Made by a program: the position numbers and the translations under genes | NCBI GenBank assembly: GCA_028534125.1 | Contig: CM052817.1 | Location: 72,666,001-72,730,000 of the forward strand | From: Lama glama | Taxonomy: Eukaryota | Direction of reading: 5' to 3' | Length of the DNA: 64,000 nucleotides | Shown here: positions 26,851-39,300 of the stretch, one piece after another | Position numbering within the stretch: the first letter of the stretch is position 1 | How the letters are laid out: every line of letters starts with the position of its first letter | Notes under the pieces: model-generated | Databases searched by the model: none | What the model was told of the DNA's origin: nothing | Seen by the model: the letters and a program-made list of their open reading frames with translations, nothing else

Positions 26851-27345
26851 AGATGTCAGCTAAAGTCATCTTCCTGTCAAAAATAAAATTGGCAAATGCC
26901 CACGTTACATGTCAGGCAAAAAGGTTCAGTGGCCTCCCCAAGCCTTCTGGGAAATTCCTTTCCTTCTCAGGATTCCCACTAGTCTTGTTCCTGCCCCTGA
27001 ATCTGATTAGATTCTTGCTTTCCGTCTCATTCTCTTTTTTCCACTGTGCATAGGTCCAGACATGGGACACAGATCTGTTTCTTCATTTATCTAACAACTG
27101 CTCATAAAGGAATTTTTTTGTTTATAGTCAACTTAACTGAAAGTTTGGGCCAGTGACAAGAAAACTACTTACACATACTTGGCAGTTTGGTAACTCCACT
27201 AGCATGAATTTCACCCATTTTTCTGGTAAATCTAGCTTCTTGCCTTGTTACCTAGCTCTGCTTCCCCCAGGAAAGCTGCGCTAACATTTTCCTGTTGCTC
27301 TGTTTTCAGGGCCATTCCATTCTGCCTTATCTCAGAAAATAGCAT
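26850..27345 (+). mobile_element. L2 fragment
   Basis: cagctaaagtcatcttcct...aaaaaggttcagtggcctcccca; gcttcccccaggaaagct. Confidence 0.4.
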
Positions 27346-28759
27346 GTGCTCTCCTTTAAAGAACACTCCTCGAAACTGTACATGCCACCTCTTTACACTG
27401 CACTGTCCAAAACTTATCAGTCAAGTGTCCAAAGGTTATTGAATCTGTCTATAACATCCCTAAAGAGTGAAATGGAGGAGTTGATAAATACTGAAAGCGC
27501 TTTTTATGTTTATGCTGCACCCAGCTGATAACCACCCCTTAAAACACAGTGCTTATTTAGATTTACACAAAACAGAAACAAACTAAAACATAACCTTCTT
27601 CATTCATTTCCTTTTTCTCTCCATCCAAACTCCCTTCAGGGTTCCCACACTGTGACAGGACTCCTGTTGCTTTATGCTGGTTTATGCTACTCTTCTGGTT
27701 AACACCAACAGGCTGCGGGTGGTGGCCTCTGTGTGAAAGGCATTGCACGAATTCATCTCTCATGGAGCTCTCTTGTGTGTTGAGTTATTCAACCTGTCTT
27801 GAGGCTGTTCTCTGCCATGGGAGTTCAAGCCTGTACTTCCAGGTCCTTTTCTTGGCATGTCTTAATATCACGGTAAGGGGTCCTAAGCTATCTCATATGG
27901 CACCTACGCAATCATTCCTTGGTGATAAATTTACTGTTAGTTAATTTGTTTCCAAGTCTATGTAAAAGATATTGTACACTGCTGAATTAAACAATGCAAA
28001 GAACCAAAAGCTTATTTCCTAGGACAGATACAAGTTGGTGGGTACTGGTTTATGTAATTTCATTTTATTTATAAGTAGAGTTCTGCAGATTTTGTTTTAC
28101 TTTAATACAAGTATTTTTCCCCTTCAGGTAAAAGTATATTTTTAAAATAATATTTAAACTTACATACATATTGTTGCAAACTTTACTTCTCATCATTTTA
28201 CTTCTCAACAAAGATAAGGTCTCTAATTTCTAATTTCACTCACCTCAGTTGCCACCCCCAAGACTCACTACTATGTATTTGCACAGGAAGTTAGCTTTCC
28301 AAAAGTTCAGAGATCAAATCATATCTGATAAGCAAATAATCCAATGGTCTGAGTTAAACATAGAAAAATTAATAGAAGCTTTGAAAGTTCAGTCTTTTGT
28401 TTCTCATCCCACTCCAATCTCTTTCCCAATCAATAAAAGTATACATCATTTTTGCCATCCTCTCAGAATGCAAAAGCAATTACAATTGTTTTGTATTAAA
28501 TAAAATCCCCCCATCCAATATAATTAGGCATACCAGAGTATGCAGATGAAGAGACAATAAGCCAAATTTATCCCATAAACAAAGCTGAGGCTGAAGAAGT
28601 GTATCCGTACAACTATTTTTTTTTCAATATTTGAGTTTATGTCTTGGTATGTGATCTCCCTGCCACCTAATTGGCACCACTCCCTAACGAATTACATCTG
28701 GCAGCTGAGCACATTATATAACTTACCTGATTTCTGAAGGTAGTTTGTATTGACCTGAA

Positions 28760-29975
28760 ACAAATTTGAACATACGGATGCATGTATATACATCTCCTAT
28801 CAACAGGGAATATGCCTTCTTTTCAAGCATACATAAAACATTTGTAAATATTGTTTCAAGAATGGAAAACAAATCAACGGAAGATTAGAGACTATCTTAA
28901 AACCAATAAAAATTTTAAAAGATCATAATAAATGAAAAAGAAGCATTGCAAACTAATGCATATGAAGGAATTATCCAAAGGTTTAGGGGAAATTATACTT
29001 TTGAGGAACAGATTAAGTTGGATCAAAATTTCAAACGATTATTCATTAAAATAAGTTTCATTACAAAATAAAAGCAGAGAAGAGAAATATGACTATTTAA
29101 CTTATCTTAGAATGGTAAGCACTTTCTAAACATAGACACAAATAAAATACATAATTAGGAAATGTTGCTAAATTTACCCACATAGACCTTGAAGCCCTCT
29201 GAAGGGTAAAACCTCATAAAATTATGGGATAATTAAAATTGAGAATGTTATTTATACTAATGACAGACATTTAATATCTGCCATATTAAAAACTCACCAA
29301 ATTTGTAACAAGGGCTCTAGAACTTCTATTGAAAACTGACAAGAATATGAATAGAAAATTCATAGATGATATATAAATGGTTAATTAAATATAAAATAAA
29401 ATATTTAAGTTATTAATAAATAGGCATACCAACTAAAAGAGAAAAAACCTTGATTGCGCTGTCTAACTGTCCTCTTCTCAAGTTAACAGTCCCGCCAGGA
29501 GTGTAGTGTGAAGGGTCTCTCACACCCAGCTGGTGGGATAAACTGGTATAAACTCTCTGGAAAATAATTAGACAAAATGAACAAACATTAGTAAATGTAC
29601 TTCTGTTTAACCTAAAAGAAATAGTCTCACAGATGAGAATAAAGGTTTATATCAAAGGAAGTTCATGACAAGACATACATTAAAGCAAATACTGGAAACA
29701 ATCTAACTTCCGATAGAAAAATAATTAAACAAATAATTTTTGAAGAATATTAAATGACATGGTAAATGTTTTAACATAATATTAGATGTAAATGTATGGG
29801 TATTCATATATGTCAACTAATAAAAATTCAAAATCAAATTAAAAATCACAAAGGAAGTAAAATATTGAATATATTTAGGTAGTACAATGACAAAAGTTTT
29901 ACTTTTTCCAAAAAAATCATCCAATGTTTTCTAAATTTTGTAATAATATGTGTGTATTATAAATATTTTTATAAA
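28760..29975 (+). mobile_element. Ancient L1 (L1ME-like) fragments
   Basis: cagggaatatgccttcttttcaagcataca, gaatatgaatagaaaattcataga, gctggtgggataaactggtata, tggaaacaatctaa, A-rich UTR. Confidence 0.7.
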
Positions 29976-30174
29976 GTGCGGATTGAGTACTGAGTATTGT
30001 TTTCAATGGTTTAGAAATCTCTAATGAAAACACCTAAAATACAGCTTTATATCACTGTGGGTTTGCCACTACCATCACAGCACAGAGTTTAAACCTATTT
30101 ACATCTATCTGCACTGAAGCATTTACTACAAACCTAAGTGTCAGAGACAGGCAGGAGGACAAGGAATTTTCTTG

Positions 30175-30360
30175 CCTTTTACAAGTGTCCAGGCATCAGC
30201 AGACAGTCAAGCAAATCAACTATGAGAATACAGTGCGCTAAAAGCTGTAACTGAGGTATTCACAGCATATGGTGCAAGCACAGTTGAAAACCATGACTTT
30301 ACCCTAGAGGAAGGTGTTGGAAAACTTCCACAGAGAAGGTCACCTATGATCTGACTCGTT
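30175..30360 (-). mobile_element. L2 fragment
   Basis: gcagacagtcaagcaaatcaact...aatacagtgcgctaaaagctgtaactgagg...ggaaaacttccacagagaagg. Confidence 0.5.
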
Positions 30361-30629
30361 CTTCTCCCTCATTCCTCTTTTTTTTTCTTCCCCCAGTATG
30401 TTAGAGACTGAGGAGATACAGTAAAGAGATAGAACCCTTAAATTTGGCAACACAGTTATGTTATGAGGGGTTCTTGAAGTCAGCTAGAGAAAGGATCATT
30501 CTTACTATATTAAATCTGAAAAATCTAAGAACCCTTCCTAATACATAGAGGAGGAAAATAACCCCCGGGGGAAACCAGAAATTGGGGGTGTTCAGAATTT
30601 TGCTACATCTTAGGCATAGAACTGGAATC

Positions 30630-31001
30630 CTAGGGGGCAGGATTTTCTCTTCAAGAAAGGTCAGACTGTCCAGCTGCAAGTTGTACGCAAGACTGACAGC
30701 CTCCAGCCATCAACTATATCAAGATCTGTTCCAGCTTTCCAGCTGAGGTCACTCTTTTCTGAGGGTGGAGGGAGCTAAACAATGACTGAACAAGACAGTG
30801 ATACAGAGGCTGACTATTTCCACCTAATGTAGGACCCCTCTACCAGACAGCCATGCTCTAGACCCCTCGGTTGGGTGTCATCAGGTCAGCATCACAGACC
30901 GATGGCTTCCTCTCATTCATTTCTGCCTCATTTTCCCCTCCTTCCCCTTTTGCATTTCTATCCAGTCTCCATATCTACCTCCCAGAGAACCCAACCATCA
31001 C
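30630..31001 (+). mobile_element. ERVL LTR, LTR16-like
   Basis: gactgacagcctccagc, cagctgaggtcactctt, aatgactgaacaag, atctacctcccagagaacccaacc...aca. Confidence 0.6.
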
Positions 31002-32233
31002 AAGGAAGATGAATCAAAGAGGCCCAGAGAACTGTGGGCAAAAAAGAGAAAAGGAACACCAGAAAGAAAAAGAAACTGGCCTCTCACGAGATGACCTTGG
31101 CCAACAATAATATAATTTTCTTTCTGGTAATATCCTCTAGGCTATTGTAGGCATTAATAAAAAGCATACAAGGCACAAGTGAGGTAACAACGTGAACAGC
31201 AGTCAGGAAGAATTAGAACATTAAGGAAGAGTTGCCAATTAGTTGGTTTGGGTGAATAAAGAAGAAAAATATATATTGGGACATGACAAGAATTCAAAAG
31301 GAAAGTTAGGTGCTAGATCATGGAGAATGCTGCACTCTAAGTCAAACTACATGAGCATCTTTCCTTTCAACTTTCTTAAATATCTTTTTTTTATTATTCC
31401 ATTATTTCTACAGTCTTACTCAAGGACAACGAAATTACAACATGAAAATCTTGAGTGAAATTTATTGATGATAGCATACTTTCAGTGAATATTAAAAATA
31501 AAATCAAGTATCAGAGAAGAAGGACGCACTTTCCAAGGACTGCTAGAATATTTTCTTATCTGTATGTCTGGCATAACATTTCATAGGCACACATTAAACT
31601 ATTAATTCCAGTGATCACAAAACAAGTGGCAATTTGAGCACACATAAGATTTAGTTAGGATATGTGTTTAAAGGTTTTTATCATTAGTGTGCTCTCAGAC
31701 AATAACAATTTCTCTGTGATGTGGTCTATCTCAGATCAAAGTTTCCAGGTGTCTTTACAAAACTATATGTAATCATCTATCCAGAGATCTCTTCTTTTCT
31801 GGGACAGAAGTCTGCCTTTCAGATGTGTCACAATCACTTAACCGTGACTCACAACCACTCCGCGTGGACACCTCCATGAAACTGATCATTGTTTACAAGG
31901 CCTTGGAACCAGGCTAGTTCCTCACAGCCTCTGTGTCACTGTTATCTATCACATAACAATAAGACAGTAAGTACATAAATTCATTTTGTTTCAAGTGTTA
32001 CTAAGGACAGGAGAGCTCAAATAGTCTATCAGGTATTCTCCCAACTGGGTATTTTCCAGTGACTTATCACGGCCCTTCTTGTTGACACTTCCTCGTAAAA
32101 CATTCCCAATATAGATGTCTGTGTCCAAGGTCATGATTCAAACGGGCTTAAGCAGAGAACTGCTTGAAAAAAAGGGTTTGTCTTATCATTCTCTGTATCT
32201 GTGATGCCTAAGGCAACTAGTAGATAGCAATTT

Positions 32234-32343
32234 CTTTTTTTTTAATTAAATTAATTTATTTTTTAACAGAGGCACTGGGGATTAAACCCAGGACCTCCTG
32301 CATGCTAGGCATGTGCTCTATCATTGAGCTATACCCTCACCCC
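32234..32343 (-). mobile_element. tRNA-derived SINE (camelid Vic-1-like) with TSD
   Basis: Reverse complement ggggtgagggtatagctcaatgatagagcacatgcctagcatgcaggaggtcctgggtttaatccccagtgcctct plus A-rich tail; TSD agcaattt at 32226-32233 and 32344-32351. Confidence 0.9.
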
Positions 32344-33479
32344 AGCAATTTTTAATTTTCATTTCAGCTTTGCAAATCAGAAATATCTTCTCTGAAAGTA
32401 GAACAACATGCATTGTTCCAACGATTACGCTCATGCACTAGAAATGGAACTTAAAAAGGAAAAATAAAAGCAAGAGCTAGGTAATATTTTTCATAAGGTT
32501 TTTAAAACAGTAAATGACCCATAAGAATCCATCCTCAGTGGCTTTCTCTCATCCACTTACATATGGTTAGCCTCTGCAAAGCCTGGTATGTCATGGGCCT
32601 AGCATGAACTTCAGAGTGTGGGTAGCTATCATCTGTAAATACATTGCACTGCCCCAGAATTAATTTCTCTAACACTACTGAAAGTTTTGTGGTTGTGCAT
32701 GTTTATTACCAACAGGTTTAAAATGTCAGCCTTGGTTTATTTTCCACCAAAGTCATTTTATAGCATGTTTTTTGCCTCCATAAGGATTATCATCAAATTA
32801 AACTAATATGAACAATAAAAAATAAAGAAAAGAAAAGAAAGCTGATGTGGATAAGCTTAACCAAAATTGCCAAAGACAACAAAAGGTAAAAATGTAGATG
32901 CCACTTGAGTCACCTTCCCTTTCTGTTTTTCTGCCCACTCCTCCCCTTTCTTCAAGTATTTCCATGGATTAATTATACTAAAGAGATTAATGCAATAATG
33001 CCCTGACGCTTGTTCTTTGGGAGCATGAGCATCAATTACAGCCGTGCAAATTTTTAAAAGGTTTCATCTGAGAGATTAGCTAAAGCAGAGATGCAAAATT
33101 TTAAAAAAGAATACTTTTTAGAAAAATAGACAAGTAAACAAAAGTAGAACTTAACCATCTAAGGAAATTACAAAATTAGTAGATTGTTTGATATTTTTCT
33201 TCATATCCTTTAATCAACAACATGATAGTTGACTATAAACATGCAGGCTACTGTTGACCAAAATGCAGAATAAAAATCTAGTTTAATTTGAAGCAAGAAG
33301 GTGAATAGGCAAAATTTTATTTAAGAAATCCTTTGGTTAAATTCATCAGAATTAAATAAGATTCTTCTCCTGTTTGTACCTCCCTTTGATCTTTTGCTAC
33401 CCTTCAAACAAATTATTATGATTTCCTATTACTGAAATAGTATATGTCCTTTAGACAACATTCAACATGAGAAAGTTCT

Positions 33480-33650
33480 GCATATCTCTATATTAACACT
33501 TACCAATTATACTGGCACATTTATATGACTCCCTCTCCATAATGTAAGTTCTTCTAGCCAAAAACAGAAACTTTGAGCCTCCAGTGCCTTAAACAGTAAA
33601 CAGCACATCTTAAAGGCTTAACATACGTTTTTTGTTAAACAAATAAAAAT
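33480..33650 (+). mobile_element. L2 3' tail
   Basis: acacttacca...atgtaagttcttc...tccagtgccttaaacagta...tttttgttaaacaaat. Confidence 0.45.
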
Positions 33651-34300
33651 ACCTACAAGTCTATCACTAAGAGTTATTTACTTGTATTTTTCTATACTCT
33701 TAATTTTTATTTAATTATTTCTAGATCACTCTTTTAAGTTGGAAAATAATTCTAAAAACTTATTACAAGAGAACTCTAACATTCAAAAAGCCCTCAAGAG
33801 TCAAACAAAAGAACCTCAAGTGGTAGAAATGAAGATCCTATAAAAGGAAGATATTTCAGAAAGCCAGAGAACTTACTCTCATTGCTAAAACTGTGGCAAC
33901 CACTATGCCACTTCCTTGTAATGTTACCCCTCTGCAATTAAGATAAGGAATCAAGATTTTCACTATAAGAGAAAAGAGATACAATATATAATTCAGGAAG
34001 GTAAGGAAGAGACATGTTATATTACATGTGAATGGAAAATATCAGTATGGGCTTAGGCTTTTTTTATATGTTTTCTAGCTCTTTTCATTAGAAGGATGTA
34101 GAAACAATGACATCTCTGTAACATTAAGCACATTTTGTGTCCAGATCTTGTATTCTAAACACCATCTTGTATTCCACCAAAAGAAACCAGAGAAACTTGG
34201 AGAAATGCTTATTCCAGGTATAAGTCAGGGAAAATACTGAGTAGAATCTGAGAAATCTTCTTGCACTAGTAAAAGAAAAATACTCAGAGACTAGTGGGGT

Positions 34301-34861
34301 TGTATTAGTTATCTGTTGCTGCAAAACAAATTACTCCTAAACATATGGACTTAAAACAGTAAGTATTAATTATCTCCTCACTCAGTGAGTCAGGAAATCT
34401 GAGGGTGGCTTAGCTGGGTCCTCTGACTCTCCCAAGGCTGCAAGGAAGTTGTCAGTCAGGCTGCAATCCCCTCAGGCTCATCTGGGGGAGGAGTCATTTC
34501 TAAACTCACTGATGTGTCTGTTGACAATACTTGCTTCTTCATGGGCTGTTGTACTGAAAGCTTAAGTTCCTTGCTGACTGATAGGTTTCCTTCCATTTCT
34601 AGCCACGTGGGCTACCTCATAGTAAAGCTGAGAACATTGTACTTGGCTTCCATTAGTTGTTAGCAAACAAGAGAGTAAGAGAGAATATCATGACAGAAGC
34701 CACAGGCTTTCCATAACCTAATCTCAGAAAGGACATACCATCACTTTTGCTCTATTCTATTTGTTAGAAGTGAGTCACTAGGTCAAGCCATACCCAAAGC
34801 GGGGAGGATTATATAAGGGCATGGATATTAGGAAGCAGAGATCTAATGGCTGCCTTTCACA
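34301..34861 (-). mobile_element. MaLR solo LTR, MLT1F/G-like
   Basis: Begins tgtattagttatctgttgctgc; ggcttagctgggtcctctg; ccatcacttttgc; ttagaagtgagtcactaggtc; ends gctgcctttcaca. Confidence 0.85.
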
Positions 34862-35911
34862 GAGATCATGTCAGAGGCCAAAGGAACAAGCTTGAATGGG
34901 CTCCAATTGAACTGGCTATTTAGGACAATTTGATCATCAATAATGATGACTATAATAATGTATTATGATGCAATGAATTAAAAAAAATACCATGAGTCTA
35001 GAGTTATTAGAAAAAGTGGGGGGAAATTTTTTAGTGAGAGAAATGTATTATTTGGACTCAGGTTGCCATTTTAAATAGAAAATCTAGACTTCCTTTTTGA
35101 AAACTCATAATTTGTCTTTTACAATTCTATATTTCACCCAGCCTCTATGGAAATTTTACACATATATTTGATACAATAAAAATTTGGGTTTATCTCTTAA
35201 AAAAAAGAAAAGAAAATATGGGAGGTGGAAGGGAAGAAGTCTTATGTGTGAAAGAATGTTATCTAATAAATACAAAAGAAATGGTAAAATTAGAAAGTCA
35301 CCATTTTGTAAGCCTTTCCAATGTAATAAATAAACAAAGATCATCAAAAGGAGCTAAAACCAGAGTGAAACGTAGTTGTATAACAATGCAGCCACACAGT
35401 GCCAAAATTTCATCTAACAGAAGAGTAAATATTAATATATTAATAATAAAATATTAACAGATTAATAATAATAAATTAAATATTAATTAATAAGAGAAAA
35501 AGTATGTCTTTTTCAATACTAATTCTGATGGTCAGCATCTTAGCCAAGCACTAATAGTGGGACAACTTTATATTATATACATCCTGATACAATGTAATGC
35601 AAAATATGGATCACCACCCATGAAATCTTGCCATAAATGTTTAAACTTAATCTAATCCAGCTTTCAGACCAAATATCCAAATTACAGGAAATATAGGAGA
35701 TAGAGAAACAAATTAAATGAAACCATGAGGAAGCAACCAGACAAACCTAGAATATGTGACATCCAAGAGAAAATTACCCTGGACTCTTCAAAAGTCACCG
35801 CCAGGAGGTAAAAATAAAAGAATGGAGGGCTGTTGTAGATAAGACTAAATAGAGATCAAAACCAAATGCAACGTGTGAGCCCTGACTGGGTTGTGCATAA
35901 GAAAAAATAAA

Positions 35912-36349
35912 CTGCTTAGGTCTCTTTGGGGGATGCCACCCAAAGAGATCACAGATACATAGTACTGGGATAGAAAATAAAGCTTACTGAGTGAAAGATT
36001 TAAATCAGAGAAATAATAGAATGTACATATTCCCCGTAACCTTTATAATCTCACAATTTAGGTTGTGCGAAGCTGACCTCTAACTGCCTGGCCTATGTGC
36101 AGTAAAGGGCCCTTCTCTACTGATAAGGCGGTACACATTTACAGTGTGTAGCTTGGGCAGGAATGATCTATGCAACTATGCAACACTGCAAGTTCCCAGG
36201 ATGAGGATACAGTTTCATTAGAAGTATGAAGCCTATAGAGGCCAATGGTTGGTATCAGCCTCTTCTTCCATGAAACTAATTTAGACTTGCTGAGAAGTTC
36301 TCTGCTAAGCTACTGCAAAGAACCTCCAAGAGCATCTGAGGAGCTCACT
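35912..36349 (-). mobile_element. Unclassified LTR-like insertion
   Basis: GC-richer block of about 440 bp interrupting an otherwise continuous L1 UTR; the reverse strand ends ...gagacctaagca. Confidence 0.4.
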
Positions 36350-39300
36350 GGGAGACAACTGGAGAAATTTTTAAATGAACTAAAAATTAAGTAAGATTGT
36401 TGAATTACCATAAATTTTCTGAAGTGTGATGACAGTTCTGTGGTTATGTATGAGAAAGTCCTTAACTCTTAGGAAATGCATGCTGAATTATCCACAGGTA
36501 AAATGGCATGACATCTGCAACTTATTTTCAAATAGTTTTTTTTTTTTAAGTGGGTGTGTAGAGAGAGAGACAGACAGAAAGACAGGGAAATAAAATGGGT
36601 CAAAATGTTAGCAATCACAGAAAATCTCGGTGAAGGGTATATGAGTATTCATTGTACTATTGTTTATACTTCCCTGGAGTCTTAAAATTTGCAAAATAAA
36701 AAGTTGAAAGAAAATGAGGACTGTCTTAACTCTTGAGTAAATTAGAGGTAAATTAACAAACAATATGAAAACATGCTTTTTAGTTCTTTTCTAATTAAAA
36801 AAATCAGTACTCTAGACCTAGAAGCAGAAGCTAGCCTACTGATGCAAATAATTGACCTTTGGAAGCTGGATTAAACTATTCAAGACAAGTTTGCTCCGAG
36901 AACACTGAAATGAGGCTATAACAAATAATATGCTCATGGGAAAATTTTATCTAGAGGTCATTTTGAATCTCTTCTTGCTACTTCTAATTTAAAATGTATC
37001 TATTATACATAGTTGGCATATTGGCTATTTGACCGGTAGGATGTGACATCAGTCCATCAAAATCTGAGATAAAAACCACTGTCATTGAAAAGCACTTCTC
37101 TTAACTATAATAACGTTTATTCTTCTAATATAGTAGACATTCTTTTCTATTTATTGCTAAGCCTTCATTTGTTAAACTAAGGCTTTTTGTTAAGTAACAT
37201 AAGATACTGGTCCAAGAAACCAATTAAGGGAATAAAAGAAGAATGTTTCACTTGCAGCTCTTCTCTGACTTTCTATGAATATTTCTTCAGTGCTTAGGAT
37301 TAAAGCAGATTTTATTGTCCTATCTAACTTCTCCACTGTGACCTTCTTCTCCCTATTGCCTAATAAACATCTGCTTCAATTGAATATCTGAGCTGCCTAG
37401 GAAATAGGAGTTACATTTAACCTCTCATTCTTTCTCTGATAGTCATGGGCGATGCCTATCTGCCTCTAAATCATTAGATAACACTCAGCACTGAAACTGG
37501 AAGAAGCAGCCCATTGGAACTAAATTTAATGACACATGCAAAGCTCAGGAAGGTAGTGCTAGATACTAAAGCAAGACACCTACATTAATTTCTTCACCGT
37601 GAGAATGTTAATAAACCTAAAAATCTGAGTTTTGGGAAAAGGAAACTAGTTAAACAGTTAATCATCACAGCCTTCAGAAAATAGCAGTACAAGTTTCTCT
37701 ACGTAAGCTGACACATGCAGAAAAAATGCATTTGTTTTAAGCTATTTTGCCAAATCACTCTACAATTAACAAAACATAAATTACATAAATTAACATATAT
37801 AACAGTTTAAATAAAGTGATACAAAATTAAAAGAAAATTTTTTCTTAAAGCAAGAGAAAAGACGTTGGTATTACAGAGACCTGTTTTGACTATGTCTTTG
37901 ACACTAACTGTTCTCACCTGTGTATGGTTATTTACCATCTGCTCTTGAGTTTCCTAATCTCTGTAAAATACATATCAATTTCATTGTGAACAAAGGTACA
38001 TTAAATGAACAAAGGTACATAAAATGCTTGTTACAGAGCAAACCCTCAACAAATGCTAGTTTGTCACCAATTTCCCCAAATGATACATCAATATTGTATC
38101 TTTCTTTACAAAAAAGATATTTTTTAAATTGTGGTGAATAGTCCATTTCCCAATTACATTTATAACTAAATTTGATTTCCAAAACTAAGTCTGGTCACAA
38201 ATATGGGAATGACTTTTTTTCTTTTATTAAGAAACAAAACGGTTTTTTGAGATGATCTCTTTGGTCATAAGATTCTAATATTAATTTTTTTCTGAAGAAG
38301 AGTCTTCAAATATAATGAGTATTAACATGCAGTTCAGGTAAATCTGGTATGGTATTAACCTAATTAAATGTTTAGGATTTTTGTTATTATTTCTCAAAGA
38401 CATGGCCAATTGCATAACTACTGAATAGAAACAAGAACAACATTATGAAACTCTGTAAAGTGCATTATGGGAAAATGAAGAGACTAGCACCACAGTCTAA
38501 TCAAAGGTGGATTCCTCCTCACAGAGCAGCCAAGCCAAAGGGTCTCAGAGGGCTGGTCCTTCTGTTTGCATCACATTAATCAAGGTCTCGAGTCACTGGG
38601 TTTACAACCTTCTTAAATCCTGCATCCAATATTTCTCAATTTGATGCCATACCTCAAAAAAAAAAAAGATTCTTATAATAAATCCCAGTTCCTGCAGTGG
38701 AATGCCATTCTTCATTTTATTTCATCACTCTTCCTCAGGTTTTTTTTAATCATTGTGTTCAGTGCACAAAACAAGCACTATTTTAAACCAATGTAGGAGT
38801 AGTGGCCCTGATACCTCTTGCCATTACTCATCTTTCTGTTTCCCATAGAATTGATAATCTCTTGACTCTATGACTCAAGATTGTTTTTAGATGATGAGAT
38901 TTAAAAAATTCAATTTGGACACAGCTTAGAGATGCTAAACAAGAAAAATGAAATTTAAAATATATCCTTTAACGCTGTTTTTCTAATCTTCCTGAAGAAT
39001 GCTGGAGCTCTGATATCTACAGCATGTACTTATAAACCAAACAAGACAAGAATATTTGGAGTTTTAACCACCTCACAGCCACGAATCTCAGAAGTACCTG
39101 CAAAAGGAAGACAAGAGAGCAGTGCTTTGAAAATATGCATTTGTCCTTAAGGATGCATTCTCTGTTTCATTAGTTTCCACATCCTCTGGAGAAAGAAGTA
39201 GAGAATGCCTAAATTTTGTTTCAAGTTTAAACCCATAAATTTGTCGATCTGAATTGCTGCTTTCTTCCCAAAGGCATTTGGAAAAAAATATTTTCCATAT

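Larger units (their letters stand above)
33870..36715 (+). mobile_element. Old L1 3' UTR (L1MC/MD/ME-like) broken by two LTR insertions
   Basis: aaccagagaaacttggagaaatg, aaattagaaagtcaccattttgtaa, acaggaaatataggagatagagaaaca, ggaaatgcatgctgaa, gtgaagggtatatgagtattcattgtactatt...aaaataaaaag. Confidence 0.65.
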
